Source: Candidatus Korarchaeum cryptofilum OPF8 (GTDB lineage: Archaea > Korarchaeota > Korarchaeia > Korarchaeales > Korarchaeaceae). From it: 32,000 nucleotides of DNA. Below the pieces are notes generated by a model. It was not told the origin of the DNA. It made no database searches and saw nothing but the letters and a program-made list of their open reading frames with translations. The stretch lies in assembly GCF_000019605.1 (NCBI RefSeq), contig NC_010482.1:1410001-1442000 (forward strand), written 5' to 3'. Of this stretch, positions 1 through 7,679 are shown one piece after another. A program made the position numbers and the translations under genes. How positions within the stretch are numbered: position 1 is the stretch's first letter; each line of letters opens with the position of its first letter.

Positions 1-135
1 GCTTATCCTCAGTTGGGGAGCCGAGGCCTCTAGGCATCAGCGGCCATCTGACTCTCTAGGATAGGGCTGTGAGGATCGATCCCATCTTTAAATGGATAAA
101 ATCAAGCTATGACCTGCCTCGGGTTATTTCACCTT

Positions 136-690
136 CTACGGGAGTCTATCACTTCCAAATCTCATCAGGAATTCCCTCAGCTTTCGGCAGGATGCCCCCC
201 TATGGGAGAACCTATCCTTCTCATCCCCAAGCTCCCCATAAGTCTTATTAGAGCCGTTAGGGATGAATATGGGGTCGAATCCCCACCCTCCTCCCCTCAC
301 CTCCCTCGCTATGGTCCCTTGAACCCTCCCCTCGAAGACCTCTATCCCCCTACCATAGCTCAATGCTATAACTGAGATGAAAAAGGCTCTCCTATTCTCT
401 ACACCATTCATCAACTTTAGGACTCCCTCATTCCCGATCTTCTTGAATACATAAGAGGAATAGGGTCCCGGAAAACCGTTGAGGGCTTCTATGAAGAGGC
501 CGGAGTCCTCTATGAAGAAGGGCTCCCTGATGTAATTCGACAACCACTTCGCAGATGTAACCACTATCTCTCTCGTATCCTCCCCCTGGGGCTCCAGATA
601 ATCCACCTCGAGGAACTTTAGATCGATAAGGTCGGAGAGCATCCTCCTGAACTCCTCATACTTATGCCTGTTGGAGGAAGCGAATATCAC
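136..690 (-). CDS. Non-canonical purine NTP pyrophosphatase (HAM1/RdgB/ITPase family)
   Basis: 184-aa ORF with family-typical segments (FASSNRHK..E, EDSGLFIEALNGFPGPYS, FDPIF, SHR near the C-terminus). The GTG start overlaps the stop of the upstream gene (GTGA). Confidence 0.85.
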   Translation of the reverse strand: MIFASSNRHKYEEFRRMLSDLIDLKFLEVDYLEPQGEDTREIVVTSAKWLSNYIREPFFIEDSGLFIEALNGFPGPYSSYVFKKIGNEGVLKLMNGVENRRAFFISVIALSYGRGIEVFEGRVQGTIAREVRGGGWGFDPIFIPNGSNKTYGELGDEKDRFSHRGASCRKLREFLMRFGSDRLP

Positions 691-1271
691 TTGTACCTAC
701 CCCTGGCCTCTACCTCCCCCAGTCTCCTTATTACGCGTTCCGCGATATCGCAATTCCCATACCCCCTTAGGAAGGAGTTCCAAAGAGGCTCCCAATCATC
801 CGTTATCGACTTCAGGGATCTCTTCAACACATACAGGTCGACCGCATAGCTCTCTATATCATGAGTGTATTCCGCCAGCCCGAAGTCCAGTAAGCATATT
901 CCTCTCTCATTCACAATCGCATTGTAAGGTGTGAGGTCATTATGCGCTATATTAGCTCTGTGAAGCCTGCAGGAGGCCAAGCCAAAGGCTAACATACTCT
1001 CCTCATTTATTGAATCTGCCATTCTAATACCATGAACATACTCCATCATTATGGAATCATCCCAGACATCCAGAATCGCTGGTACTGGAACCCCGGCTAT
1101 TCTAGCTCTCCTCATAAGCCTAGCTTCTTTTCTAGTCCTCATTATCCTGATCATTCTATCCAGCTCATCGATCCTATACCCCTTGCTTATCCTCCTCTTT
1201 ATCACGACTGGGAGGCCCAGGAAATCCGCTTTATAGAGCTCAGCTTCAGCCCCTCTATATATCAGCTCCAT
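687..1271 (-). CDS. bud32: Bud32-type small protein kinase (KEOPS subunit)
   Basis: 194-aa minimal kinase fold with VVIKRR lysine strand, HNDLTPYN catalytic loop and LLDFGLAE (DFG). Size and layout match archaeal Bud32. Confidence 0.8.
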   Translation of the reverse strand: MELIYRGAEAELYKADFLGLPVVIKRRISKGYRIDELDRMIRIMRTRKEARLMRRARIAGVPVPAILDVWDDSIMMEYVHGIRMADSINEESMLAFGLASCRLHRANIAHNDLTPYNAIVNERGICLLDFGLAEYTHDIESYAVDLYVLKRSLKSITDDWEPLWNSFLRGYGNCDIAERVIRRLGEVEARGRYK

Positions 1272-1927
1272 CCGTATCTACCCCTCAGAGGGACGAAAGC
1301 TACCTCAGTTATATGCTTCTTAATGATATTATTGCCCCTCTTCTCAACTAACAGGAGGTCCTGACCCCAGAAACCCGGACTTCCCACGGGTATGACTAGC
1401 TTCCCGCCATCAGCTAGCATCTCGATGAGTGGGGGAGGTATCTGGGGTGCCGCTGCCGTGACAACTATCCTATCCACCTTTCTCCTGAGGGGCAATCCAG
1501 AGCTTCCATCAGCATTCACTACGTGAACTCTCGAGGAATAGCCCGCTTTACTCAGGTTCTCGAAAGCTAGTGAGGCTAGCCTGGGATTTATCTCCACCGT
1601 TATGACTGCCCCCCATCTCGATGGTGGTGAATCGCTGGGGGCAACTATCTCGGCTATAGTAGCAGCATGGTAACCGCTGCCCGATCCAACTTCGAGGACC
1701 AACTGCCCCTCCTCGAGATCGAGCACTTCGTTCATAATGAAGACCATGTGAGGGGCGCTTATCGTCTGATCATCCCCTATCGGTAAGGGTATGTCCTCAT
1801 AAGCTACCTCCTTATATCTCTCAGGGACGAAGAGCTCCCTCTTAACCCTCTCGGCAGCTCTCCTCACCTTCTCCGTTTTTATTATACCTCTCCTAACCAA
1901 GCTCTCGATGAGTCTAGCGTGATCCAT
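1262..1927 (-). CDS. pcm: Protein-L-isoaspartate O-methyltransferase
   Basis: 221-aa ORF with TISAPHMV and the VLEVGSGSGY SAM-binding motif. Overlaps the bud32 start by 10 nt, consistent with one operon. Confidence 0.85.
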   Translation of the reverse strand: MDHARLIESLVRRGIIKTEKVRRAAERVKRELFVPERYKEVAYEDIPLPIGDDQTISAPHMVFIMNEVLDLEEGQLVLEVGSGSGYHAATIAEIVAPSDSPPSRWGAVITVEINPRLASLAFENLSKAGYSSRVHVVNADGSSGLPLRRKVDRIVVTAAAPQIPPPLIEMLADGGKLVIPVGSPGFWGQDLLLVEKRGNNIIKKHITEVAFVPLRGRYGWS

Positions 1928-1941
1928 CCGGGTGCTTCGAC

Positions 1942-2349
1942 ATGGAGAGAATATTAGCTTACGGTCACCCTAACATAAGGGCCAGGCACAGGACCACGAT
2001 GCAATTGACCAAGGATGAGGAGATAAGCATCAGAGCGGACTGCATAATAGGAGTGAGGGCAGATAAGTCTGTATGCGACTTGAGTGAAGCGCTAAAGAGA
2101 CACCTTCTTGAGGGAGGGGGGATAGAGATAGAGGTAATCGTAGGCGAACTGAGCTTCGCTTTCAGGGCTGAGGGCCATCCTGAGCTGAAGCTTACCAATC
2201 CAAAGGATTTAGTAATAAGGAAATCGAGTTACATAGATGACAGGACTCTAGCCATAAGGGCTACGGCTTCCTCAGCGGAATTGCCTAGGGAGATGGTGAG
2301 GGCCCTCAGGAATCCTGAGACGGAGCTAAGCTTATTGATATCCTTCTAG
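1942..2349 (+). CDS. Conserved archaeal protein, DUF371 family
   Basis: 135-aa ORF. The N-terminal GHPNIRARHRTT..TKDEEIS..ADCIIGV pattern matches my recollection of DUF371. Confidence 0.6.
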   Translation: MERILAYGHPNIRARHRTTMQLTKDEEISIRADCIIGVRADKSVCDLSEALKRHLLEGGGIEIEVIVGELSFAFRAEGHPELKLTNPKDLVIRKSSYIDDRTLAIRATASSAELPREMVRALRNPETELSLLISF

Positions 2350-3425
2350 ATGAAGCCCTGGGCGATGGGATCCCTGGGCTTTATGATCTCCCTCAGATAA
2401 GATGTAGCATAAGCTCCTGATTCAAGGAAGAAGGAGAGCACGATAAAGCCCTCTCTTTCGACAATCTTGGGCTCGACCTCGCAGAAAGCTTTCCTGAAGT
2501 CCCCGAGGGCGCTCACCTCAGGCAGCTCCCTGAAGATGAACATCTCCTTACTCACGCCCTCCTCCCTCAGTATGGATGCGAGCTCCTCGGCGAGCCATCC
2601 TCTAGCTTCAGTCAGGCCTCCCACTAACGGAAGGAGTAAGCTCCCCCTCTCGGGATATAGGGCTATCTCACCGTTAGGCCTCAGCACGAAGTCACCGTGC
2701 CTAGGGTCTATTCCCAGCTCAATCCTCCTCGACAGGATCAAGTTGAATATGTAGGATTGATATGAGTGCACGTAGAACCTGATCAATTCCGATCCGATCA
2801 TCTCCGAGAGTTGCTTCAAGCTCCTGGCAGCACTTACCTCGTACCCTTGCTCTGATATCATAGAGGAAGCTCCCTCTATATCCCTGAGCAATATAGCCTT
2901 GCCTATCTCATGATTATACGGCCTCTTCACACCGAACCTCTGGTAAGAGAAGAAATTCGGGAATATCTTAGGTAGCTCGATAGTATCAGCTCCTCTGATC
3001 ACTACAGTGAAATGATTTCCATCGTTCATACCTAAATATATCATCTCCCCCCTCCCAGCGTACCTCAAGCTCAATCCCTCCATCTCTGGTAACTCCCTGA
3101 GGCTCCCCTGGACAGAGATGAATTGAAAGCTGATAGATCTAGCGTCCTTCATCCCAGCATATCCAACTCGCCTCCCCAACTTCTTGGAGAGCTTGGATAT
3201 CATCTCAAAGCTGTCCATCCTTACCCTCTTCATCACGACTAGATAGCTGACCCCACCTCCCTCGAACTTATCGATTCCCAAGAAGGCTCTAGAGGCCCTC
3301 TTACCGAGGAGGACCTCATCCACTATGAAATCGCTGAGCTTCTCCCTGAGCCTCCCATTTATGGGGGATCCTCCGCTCATGTAGGTCAGCATACCTAAAT
3401 GAGAGTCTATCGGGGGGACCTCCAT
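2346..3425 (-). CDS. truD: tRNA pseudouridine synthase TruD/Pus7 family
   Basis: 359-aa ORF with FIVDEV near the N-terminus and GYAGMKDARS (the GxKD catalytic-Asp motif of TruD). Confidence 0.8.
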   Translation of the reverse strand: MEVPPIDSHLGMLTYMSGGSPINGRLREKLSDFIVDEVLLGKRASRAFLGIDKFEGGGVSYLVVMKRVRMDSFEMISKLSKKLGRRVGYAGMKDARSISFQFISVQGSLRELPEMEGLSLRYAGRGEMIYLGMNDGNHFTVVIRGADTIELPKIFPNFFSYQRFGVKRPYNHEIGKAILLRDIEGASSMISEQGYEVSAARSLKQLSEMIGSELIRFYVHSYQSYIFNLILSRRIELGIDPRHGDFVLRPNGEIALYPERGSLLLPLVGGLTEARGWLAEELASILREEGVSKEMFIFRELPEVSALGDFRKAFCEVEPKIVEREGFIVLSFFLESGAYATSYLREIIKPRDPIAQGFI

Positions 3426-3812
3426 CTCACCACAGTTGTCGGATAGTCATAATTTATAACTACATTATCTAGGGCTTCAGTGACTTTCAGGGGCAACGGC
3501 TTCCCTCATCCTGAGCATCTGCGGTTAAATCTCCTCTCGTAGCTGCGCGGGCATCTCAGCAGCATATGCCCATTCGGAGCTAATCTTCCCCACATACCGA
3601 GCGCAAGCTTGAGGTTCCCTGCGATCTAAGTATACACAGGAGTTACATAAATTTAACTATCTGGAAACTGGCTGGCGATCCTCTGAGATTCCAGGAAGCA
3701 ATTTTCACCCCTTTGATGAGAGTCACTCGAGCCTTTCTAGTGCATATAATAGACCCATTATATGGAGGTTTATATGGGCGGAACCGGATTCCCTTGACCC
3801 GATGCGGAATCT

Positions 3813-3820
3813 TTAAATAG
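3813..3820 (+). promoter_or_regulatory. Candidate TATA box for the initiator tRNA gene
   Basis: TTTAAATA lies about 35-40 nt upstream of tRNA position 1. This would give a short leader if transcription starts about 25 nt downstream. Confidence 0.35.
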
Positions 3821-3853
3821 GAGGGATTTATGATGATCATGGCGGGGTTAGGC

Positions 3854-3927
3854 AGCGGGGTGGGGCAGCCTGGTAGCCCGCCGGGCTCATAACCCGGAGG
3901 TCGGAGGTTCGAATCCTCCCCCCGCTA
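3854..3927 (+). tRNA. Initiator tRNA-Met (anticodon CAT)
   Basis: Hand-folded 74-nt cloverleaf: acceptor AGCGGGG/CCCCGCT, D arm GGGC/GCCC, anticodon arm CCGGG-CTCATAA-CCCGG, T arm GGAGG-TTCGAAT-CCTCC, discriminator A. The A1:U72 pair and three consecutive G:C pairs closing the anticodon stem are archaeal initiator hallmarks. No CCA is encoded. Confidence 0.9.
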
Positions 3928-4183
3928 CTTCTCACATCGGCGAATATTTCCTCATCGGTGGAAATCTTGACTCTTGGAAAAAGCCCTCGGAGATGGGATC
4001 TCAAGGTTTTAGATGATAGTTCAATATGAGATCTTAATAAGATTCCTGATTATGGGCACCATTCTCTCCTTTGAGGGCTCTCATTTGAGATGACCTATCT
4101 CTCGCTAGGAGGGACCTCCCAGGGGCCCCGGCTTCATAGCGGGAAGATTTTAAGGATAAATCTCCCCTATACAGTGAGTTTGA

Positions 4184-4555
4184 ATGAACCCTTCGGAAGA
4201 TGAGAGAAGCAGGAAGATGGCTGAAGCCCTGCTAAAAGGATGGAAGATGCTTCCTGAGGTCTGCCCCGTCTGCGGGACTCCCCTATTCGAGACTAGCGGA
4301 GGGGAAGTCATCTGCGCTGTCTGCGGTACTAAAGTGATATTGGTAGGGTCGGAGGAGGAAGTCGGGATAGAGGAACAGAGACTCATGCTGGAGAGGGTCA
4401 TGGGCGCCTTAATGAGGCAACTCGAGAGGGAGACGCTCTCCTCAAGCGAACTAGATGATGAGCTCCTATCTAGGATAAACTCCCTCCTGAACGCTATCGA
4501 GAAAGCGACCTCTATATACAGGAACTTAGTTCGTCTGGGTAAGAGGCGTAGATGA
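4184..4555 (+). CDS. Zn-ribbon protein, UPF0148 / autoantigen p27-like family
   Basis: 123-aa ORF. It has CPVCGTPLF...VICAVCG (CxxC...CxxC ribbon) after a LLKGWKML segment, then a helical tail. Confidence 0.6.
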   Translation: MNPSEDERSRKMAEALLKGWKMLPEVCPVCGTPLFETSGGEVICAVCGTKVILVGSEEEVGIEEQRLMLERVMGALMRQLERETLSSSELDDELLSRINSLLNAIEKATSIYRNLVRLGKRRR

Positions 4556-5027
4556 GTTTCGAGCTCACTGAGGATTCTCTAGCCCTCTCAGCTATCCTCC
4601 CAACGAGATCATCGTAACCTATCCTGGACATCCCCTTCAGGAACCTGAGCGATAATAAGGCTCCTCTCTCGATCCCCCTCAAGCGTAGTTCATAAAGATC
4701 CCTCTTCAGGTAGATGGGCCTCCCTTCCTTCACGTAGTAATATCCCAGAGAAATCCTAAAGCTATATGAGAGGCTCTTAGGATCATCAGGACCATGTAAT
4801 GCCTTAACAACAGATTTGGTCACTTCAGAATCTGTTAAAGGGACTAGTTTCTTCCCCTGATATGATGATACCTCATAAAAGACAAATCCCCTCTTTAATT
4901 CAGAAGATAGGCCGCACCAAAGCTCCATCTCCTCCCTCTGTCCGTTTAATCTGGCTAAACCGAGTAAGAGCATTGATATAGCCTTTCTCTCATCATCACA
5001 GCAGAATATGTAGTTCCTGGTCAGCAA
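4512..5027 (-). CDS. Hypothetical protein (171 aa), co-oriented with and overlapping the HD-domain gene
   Basis: Long ORF whose start overlaps the HD gene stop by 7 nt. I recognise no motif. Its 3' end overlaps the convergent UPF0148 gene by 44 nt. Confidence 0.5.
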   Translation of the reverse strand: MLTRNYIFCCDDERKAISMLLLGLARLNGQREEMELWCGLSSELKRGFVFYEVSSYQGKKLVPLTDSEVTKSVVKALHGPDDPKSLSYSFRISLGYYYVKEGRPIYLKRDLYELRLRGIERGALLSLRFLKGMSRIGYDDLVGRIAERARESSVSSKLIYASYPDELSSCI

Positions 5028-6136
5028 ATGAGATCAACACCTCTTCTAGTAGCATTCTTCAACCCCTCTCTGAGCCTCTCTCTGTATTCAGGCCATGTAT
5101 AAACCCTGAAAAATGAAGGATCCATGTCTAGAAGCCTCCTGAGGACGTGAGATGCCTCAGATAGCTCTAGGACCTCCTCTTCCCTCGCTATCTTGGGGAG
5201 CTCGCCACCAACGAACTCTATCTTAGGGGCATCTATGATTATATGCCTCTCATCTATTCCGCATAGCTTAGATATCCTCTCCCTAACCTCATCTATGAGA
5301 TCTGGCCTCAATCGAACCCCCTGCTCCTCCCAAACTAGTTTGAGGAGCTCCCTCCTCATCAACCTCTCGGCGATCCATGAGCTCCTCTCATCACCTCTTA
5401 TCAATTCCCAAACGTAGTAATCATCGAGCCTCAGGAAAGCGCTGGGGTCCTCCCTTATTACTTCAATCCCCAACTTACTCACTATCTCCCTCATAGCCAT
5501 CTCGAGCATCAACTGAACGCCCCTAGAAGTCTTATGATAATATATGGTCCTGTAGGACAGGAGTCTCGCCATGAAGAGGGACTCAACAGCCTCTAAAGCT
5601 CTGAAGTTTATCGCGAGATCCCCCCCGATCTCAACAGCATTGGAAGCTATCCTGTGTACATCGACCGTGTAACCCGCTCCAGTGTGATAGGAGTCCCTCA
5701 CTATGTAATCCATCTTATCGGAATCTATCGAGGAGTTTATGGCCTTAGAGAAGCTCCTCCTCGTATGCCTCCCCATTATCAGATCTACTACCTCCCTAGG
5801 GTCGAAGCCGATCCTCCCCAAAATTTCCGATATCTCAGTGCCCCTTATCAAGAGAGAAGTCATCTCCTCATGTGAAATCCCCAGATATTCCCTAAGGATC
5901 CCTTCGAAAGCGTGGGAGAAGGGACCGTGACCCAGATCGTGAAGGAGGCCCGCTACCCTCAGGAGGGAAATAGAATCCCTATCCTCAGTCAGGCTCTCCC
6001 CCATAATGCCTGCTAGATGCATCACCCCCAATGAGTGCTCAAACCTAGTATTAACTGCCCCAGGGTAAACGAATTCAGACCCAGGAAGCTGCTTTATTCT
6101 TCTAAGCCTTTGTAAGGGAAAAGAATCGACTAACAT
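5021..6136 (-). CDS. HD-domain phosphohydrolase (COG1078-like, SAMHD1/dNTPase-related superfamily)
   Basis: 371-aa ORF with RFEHSLGV and LLHDLGHGPFSH (H...HD...D metal site), plus DSDKMDYIVRDSYHTG typical of this family. Confidence 0.8.
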   Translation of the reverse strand: MLVDSFPLQRLRRIKQLPGSEFVYPGAVNTRFEHSLGVMHLAGIMGESLTEDRDSISLLRVAGLLHDLGHGPFSHAFEGILREYLGISHEEMTSLLIRGTEISEILGRIGFDPREVVDLIMGRHTRRSFSKAINSSIDSDKMDYIVRDSYHTGAGYTVDVHRIASNAVEIGGDLAINFRALEAVESLFMARLLSYRTIYYHKTSRGVQLMLEMAMREIVSKLGIEVIREDPSAFLRLDDYYVWELIRGDERSSWIAERLMRRELLKLVWEEQGVRLRPDLIDEVRERISKLCGIDERHIIIDAPKIEFVGGELPKIAREEEVLELSEASHVLRRLLDMDPSFFRVYTWPEYRERLREGLKNATRRGVDLIC

Positions 6137-6198
6137 TAACTCCTGAGGACTTATCTTCAGATAACCATGTATTGGATCCTTTATAAGCTTCCCCTTCG

Positions 6199-6621
6199 TC
6201 AGTGACCCTCCTTCAGATGCTTTAAGTAATCCTCTGAGCTCATCAGATCCCTCAGTTCTGAGCTAAGATCACCCTTAACCTCCAGCACCACTATCCAGCC
6301 CTCCTCATATGGATCCTCAACTATCTTCTCGAGCCCTATCGGGACCTCACTACTCCCTTCCTCGACGACGCCGCAATCCCTGTTTATCTCAACTATCTCA
6401 CCGCTAACAGGAGCATATATCTTCTCAGTGGTCTTGCTGCTCTCAACGACGCCTAAGACTTCTCCCTTCTTGATGAGGGTGCCCTTTGGCTTAACTTCTA
6501 GGAATGTTATATCTCCAAGCTGCTCAATTGCATAAGAAGTTATCCCTATTATAGCTCTATTTTCTGAAATTTTCACCCATTCATGAGTTTTTGTATAAAA
6601 TCTATCACCCGGTACCTCCAT
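6199..6621 (-). CDS. gcvH: Glycine cleavage system H protein
   Basis: 140-aa ORF with YTKTHEW, VVESSKT (lipoyl-lysine motif) and APVSGEIVEIN. Confidence 0.9.
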   Translation of the reverse strand: MEVPGDRFYTKTHEWVKISENRAIIGITSYAIEQLGDITFLEVKPKGTLIKKGEVLGVVESSKTTEKIYAPVSGEIVEINRDCGVVEEGSSEVPIGLEKIVEDPYEEGWIVVLEVKGDLSSELRDLMSSEDYLKHLKEGH

Positions 6622-6625
6622 GATC

Positions 6626-6643
6626 CCCCCTCGATCGAGGGGG
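6626..6643. promoter_or_regulatory. Perfect 18-bp palindrome CCCCCTCGATCGAGGGGG immediately upstream of the gcvH start
   Basis: Read directly from the sequence. On the minus-strand mRNA the 3' arm (GAGGGGG) ends 4 nt before the ATG, so the purine-rich ribosome-binding region would sit inside a 9-bp stem. Confidence 0.5.
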
Positions 6644-6687
6644 AGGATAAGATAAAAAGGTGAACTCGGCCCAAGCTAGCGCGGGCT

Positions 6688-7182
6688 CTACAGTATGAAC
6701 GGTGACTTCACTCTATCGCCGTAGACCTGCTTGAGCAACTTAACGTCACCACTACTATTGAGTTCGAAGTCATATCTGCCTGATGAAGCGCTTATCTCCA
6801 TCTTGAGCTCATCAGGTCCGTCATGCATACTCCTCTCATGCTTTATCTTTATCTCCCCTATCGCGCCGTTCTCTATGTAGAAGTTCCCCGGGGTCTCCGA
6901 GAGTATATCGGAAGGTTCCATGTTCAAGTACCTCTGGGCATAGTTGAAGCTGGCTCCGAGTTGAGCTGACCATTGGCCCAGAAATCCCTTCCCTTCTGCC
7001 TTCGCTTTCTGCTTCGCCTCCTCAATGGCTCTCTTGGCCATATCCTTTGTGATTTGGGCGAATATCATCCTTCGCGTAGTGATCACAGCTGCGTATGTGT
7101 CCCACCTGCCCATAGACTTGGGCTTCTTGAGGAGAATAGCTCCTATGACTCTCTCGCGGGTCTCATCCTGAAAAGCTGACAT
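6688..7182 (-). CDS. Hypothetical protein (164 aa)
   Basis: Long ORF co-oriented with gcvH. No confident motif; the N-terminal half vaguely resembles small PH-like domains. Confidence 0.5.
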   Translation of the reverse strand: MSAFQDETRERVIGAILLKKPKSMGRWDTYAAVITTRRMIFAQITKDMAKRAIEEAKQKAKAEGKGFLGQWSAQLGASFNYAQRYLNMEPSDILSETPGNFYIENGAIGEIKIKHERSMHDGPDELKMEISASSGRYDFELNSSGDVKLLKQVYGDRVKSPFIL

Positions 7183-7256
7183 GATAGCACTTAGTTGCTC
7201 TGAAGTTTTAGCTTATAAACTTAAGGATACGAGTTCACGAAAGTTCTGTTAATCAA

Positions 7257-7420
7257 CTAAGCACGAGTCCTATCGAAGTATATGTTCTTAGGGGAAGCGT
7301 TGAGCGGTATCCCGAGGACTATATCCGCATCCAACAGCTTCATTTTCATCGCGGCCCTTCCTACTGTGAACATTATCCTGTTATCTACATTTAGAAGGGA
7401 GGCTGTCTTGACATCGACCA
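7257..7420 (-). CDS. DUF2148-family protein, proposed exon 2 (C-terminal 53 aa plus 2 nt of the junction codon)
   Basis: Encodes VDVKTASLLNVDNRIMFTVGRAAMKMKLLDADIVLGIPLNASPKNIYFDR, the conserved C-terminal block of DUF2148 as I recall it. The 30 residues upstream of it in tracked ORF 7257..7508 read through the insert and look like non-coding read-through. Confidence 0.65.
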
Positions 7421-7424
7421 AGCC

Positions 7425-7439
7425 TCGCCCTTCAGGGCG
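7425..7439. repeat. Left copy of a 15-nt self-complementary repeat TCGCCCTTCAGGGCG
   Basis: Exact copy of 7680..7694. Each copy can form its own CGCCC-TTCA-GGGCG hairpin. Confidence 0.9.
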
Positions 7440-7679
7440 GGGTAAAGTTTTTAAGCTACTGTTCGCTACTTCTGTGATATGCCATATCCCTGAGTCCCAA
7501 GGAGCCAAGAGCGAGGGGCAACTCTTGGCGAGGGATAGGGGTAACGGGCTGAAGACCCAGCCCGTGGTCTACCACTGGACGAGCGGAGCGGGGTGGGTGC
7601 GAACCGCACCTACCAGCTGTGAAGTGATGAAGATGAAGGCGGTAAACCACGAACCCGTGAGCCGTCCTGAGGGAACCCT

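Noticed and set aside
1-135. Possible RNA or gene fragment at the left edge (GAGGCCTC palindrome, repeated CTCTAGG, CTGATGC/CTGA strings on the minus strand)
   Set aside because: All three plus frames hit stops by position 64. There is no usable minus-strand ORF, and the box-like strings do not give a complete C/D architecture. Too little sequence to call anything.
3643-3840. 65-aa minus-strand ORF next to the initiator tRNA
   Set aside because: Basic low-complexity peptide with no motif. It begins immediately adjacent to the tRNA promoter region, so it is more likely non-coding.
3928-4183. C/D box-like strings (AGATGATAG ... CCTGATT) between the initiator tRNA and the UPF0148 gene
   Set aside because: The C-box candidate has the last two positions swapped relative to RUGAUGA. 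There are no C'/D' boxes and no terminal stem.
4512-4555. Convergent coding overlaps (4512-4555, and 18776-18829 between gcvPB and the GT4 gene) as possible antisense regulation
   Set aside because: Short 3'-end overlaps are common in this compact genome and may partly reflect ORF-end uncertainty. There is no additional structure or signal to support a specific mechanism.
7623-7669. C/D box sRNA on the plus strand (GTGATGA at 7624-7630, CTGA at 7667-7670)
   Set aside because: Only about 47 nt from the C box to the end of the D box. There are no credible C'/D' boxes and no terminal stem. No RUGAUGA exists on the sense strand of the insert.
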